24,828 nucleotides of DNA from positions 1 through 24,828 of the IMG/VR virus record IMGVR_UViG_3300009095_000070. One strand, given 5' to 3'. Below the pieces are notes generated by a model, which saw only the letters and a list, made by a program, of their open reading frames with translations, ran no database searches and was not told the DNA's origin. The first letter of the stretch is position 1. Each line of letters opens with the position of its first letter. This DNA is from a virus (lineage: Duplodnaviria > Caudoviricetes). The translations under genes were made by a program, and so were the position numbers. Positions 23,646-24,828 of this stretch are shown piece by piece.

Positions 23646-23989
23646 GTGTGCGTCTCCGGTGGGATAACCATGCCGACCTGGCGCATGGCCGATTCCAGAA
23701 CCAGCACCCGCATCCGCAGCTTGTGCGCCTCCTCCTGCGCCGCCTGCCGGGCGAGGATCTCCTGATCCAAGCGCAGCGCGATCTGCGTGTGCGCCTCCTC
23801 CATTGACCGGATCCTCTGCCCCTGCCGGTCCAGCCCTTCCCTGAGGCTGTTCAGCAGCTCGACGTTGGCGTCCGTCTCGGTCCTGTTCTTCCGGCGCTCG
23901 CGCAGCATGCCCGTCAGCTCCCGGACCACCCAGGCGGCGAACAGGCCCCCTGCCATCCACCACGGAGCGCCCTCCCCAGCCGGGATCAC
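23642..23989 (-). CDS. Holin candidate (single N-terminal transmembrane helix plus coiled coil), 115 aa
   Basis: Lies between endolysin and Rz with GTGA and ATGA overlaps. Hydrophobic WWMAGGLFAAWVV followed by basic RERRK. Confidence 0.6.
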   Translation of the reverse strand: MIPAGEGAPWWMAGGLFAAWVVRELTGMLRERRKNRTETDANVELLNSLREGLDRQGQRIRSMEEAHTQIALRLDQEILARQAAQEEAHKLRMRVLVLESAMRQVGMVIPPETHT

Positions 23990-24573
23990 GCCTGCCTCGC
24001 CGTGCTGTCCATGCTGGTCGTTACTCCGCTGAAGTCCGCGCGCCCTGTCACCGCCTCCACCGCCTGGGCGTAGTACACGTCCCACTTCAGCCGCAGGCCG
24101 GCGCGCTGCTTCAGCGTGCCGCGGTCATACGCGCCGGGGCGCCAGGTGCGCAGGTACAGCGCGAACGTCGTCGACACCGCGCCCACCGGCGGCAGCGGCT
24201 GCGGGTCGGTCCACAGCAGCAGACGCGCGAAGCAGGCGGCCAGGACGTCATCCGTCTCCAGCGCCTCGTGCACGGCCGCGGAGCTCGGCTCTACGCAGCG
24301 TTCGACGCACACCTCGCGCACCAGGTCGCGGCTGGCCCGGTGGGTCAGCACGCCCAGCACCCCGCCGCCGCGCTCAAATTGCCACAGCCCTCGAGCAGGG
24401 CCCCGCACCCACGGCCGGGCCCGGTCGATCACCTGCCACCGGTGGTGGAAGTCCGACTCCTGGCCGCAGATCGCCAGCAACGCCACACGGGCACGGTCGC
24501 TGTCCATCCGGGACGGCAGCAACTCCATGGCCGGCGCCAGCGCCGTCTTGTCGATGTGCAGGGCGTCGGTCAT
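23986..24573 (-). CDS. Endolysin, lysozyme/transglycosylase-like fold, 195 aa
   Basis: LLAICGQES (putative catalytic Glu) and GPARGLWQFE, a GLxQ-type motif. First gene of the lysis cassette. Start reassigned to ATG 24573. Confidence 0.8.
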   Translation of the reverse strand: MTDALHIDKTALAPAMELLPSRMDSDRARVALLAICGQESDFHHRWQVIDRARPWVRGPARGLWQFERGGGVLGVLTHRASRDLVREVCVERCVEPSSAAVHEALETDDVLAACFARLLLWTDPQPLPPVGAVSTTFALYLRTWRPGAYDRGTLKQRAGLRLKWDVYYAQAVEAVTGRADFSGVTTSMDSTARQA

Positions 24574-24721
24574 AGGGTCTCGGCATAGCTGCCCGCTCCC
24601 ACTGCCGGCTGGGCGTGAGAGTTGGTCCGGACTCGGTAGCGGGCGTGGAAGATGCCCCGGTGTTCCAGCGCACCGGGGCGGGCGGCGTCTCGCGAGCCGG
24701 GATGGCTCTCGACGGGGCCCG

Positions 24722-24757
24722 GAAACGCAGAAGCCCCGGCCGGCTGGCCAGGGCTTC
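24722..24757 (-). terminator. tR'-like terminator just downstream of the late promoter
   Basis: Minus strand reads GAAGCCCTGGCC-AGCC-GGCCGGGGCTTC-TGCGTTTC. Strong stem with an interrupted U-tract. Confidence 0.7.
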
Positions 24758-24785
24758 GGAGGCATTTCTGCGAACTTAGCGCCGG

Positions 24786-24814
24786 AAATTACGTGCTGTA
24801 GGACAGCATGTCAA
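24786..24814 (-). promoter_or_regulatory. Sigma70 late promoter (pR'-like)
   Basis: TTGACA (24809-24814), a 17-bp spacer and TAATTT (24786-24791), upstream of the lysis cassette. Confidence 0.85.
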
Positions 24815-24828
24815 GCCGCGAGGTCCCG

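Larger units (their letters stand above)
76..24828 (-). mobile_element. Prophage (HK97/lambda-like siphovirus late region) integrated at tRNA-Cys; continues beyond the right edge
   Basis: Co-oriented lysis, packaging, head and tail genes, many with overlapping start/stop codons, ending at a tRNA 3' fragment. Confidence 0.95.

Overview
This GC-rich window holds the entire late region of a temperate long-tailed (HK97/lambda-like, siphovirus-type) prophage, transcribed on the minus strand. It runs from a near-consensus late promoter at the right edge (24786-24814) to an attachment site at the left edge: the 3' half of a tRNA-Cys(GCA) at 76-123, followed by the host terminator. The gene order in the direction of transcription starts with endolysin, holin candidate, Rz/Rz1 spanins, a ParB-like small protein, a hypothetical and an HNH nuclease. 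It continues through the cos region, TerS, TerL, portal, ClpP-type protease, major capsid, head-tail genes and tail tube. Next come the tail assembly chaperones with a -1 frameshift, a central fibre, a small partner, a SPRY-domain hub, a Dit-like protein, a four-gene accessory island, the tape measure protein and att. The most unusual points are: (i) the tape measure gene is displaced to the very end of the operon; (ii) the island carries a Panacea antitoxin with a MazF/PemK-like toxin, a solo Cas2-like protein and a membrane protein; (iii) the major capsid protein has a signal-peptide-like N-terminus; (iv) there are several candidate structured RNAs. Integrase, repressor, replication genes and Q are not in the window. 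All family calls come from motif recognition by eye, without database searches. A Xanthomonadaceae-like host is only my impression.
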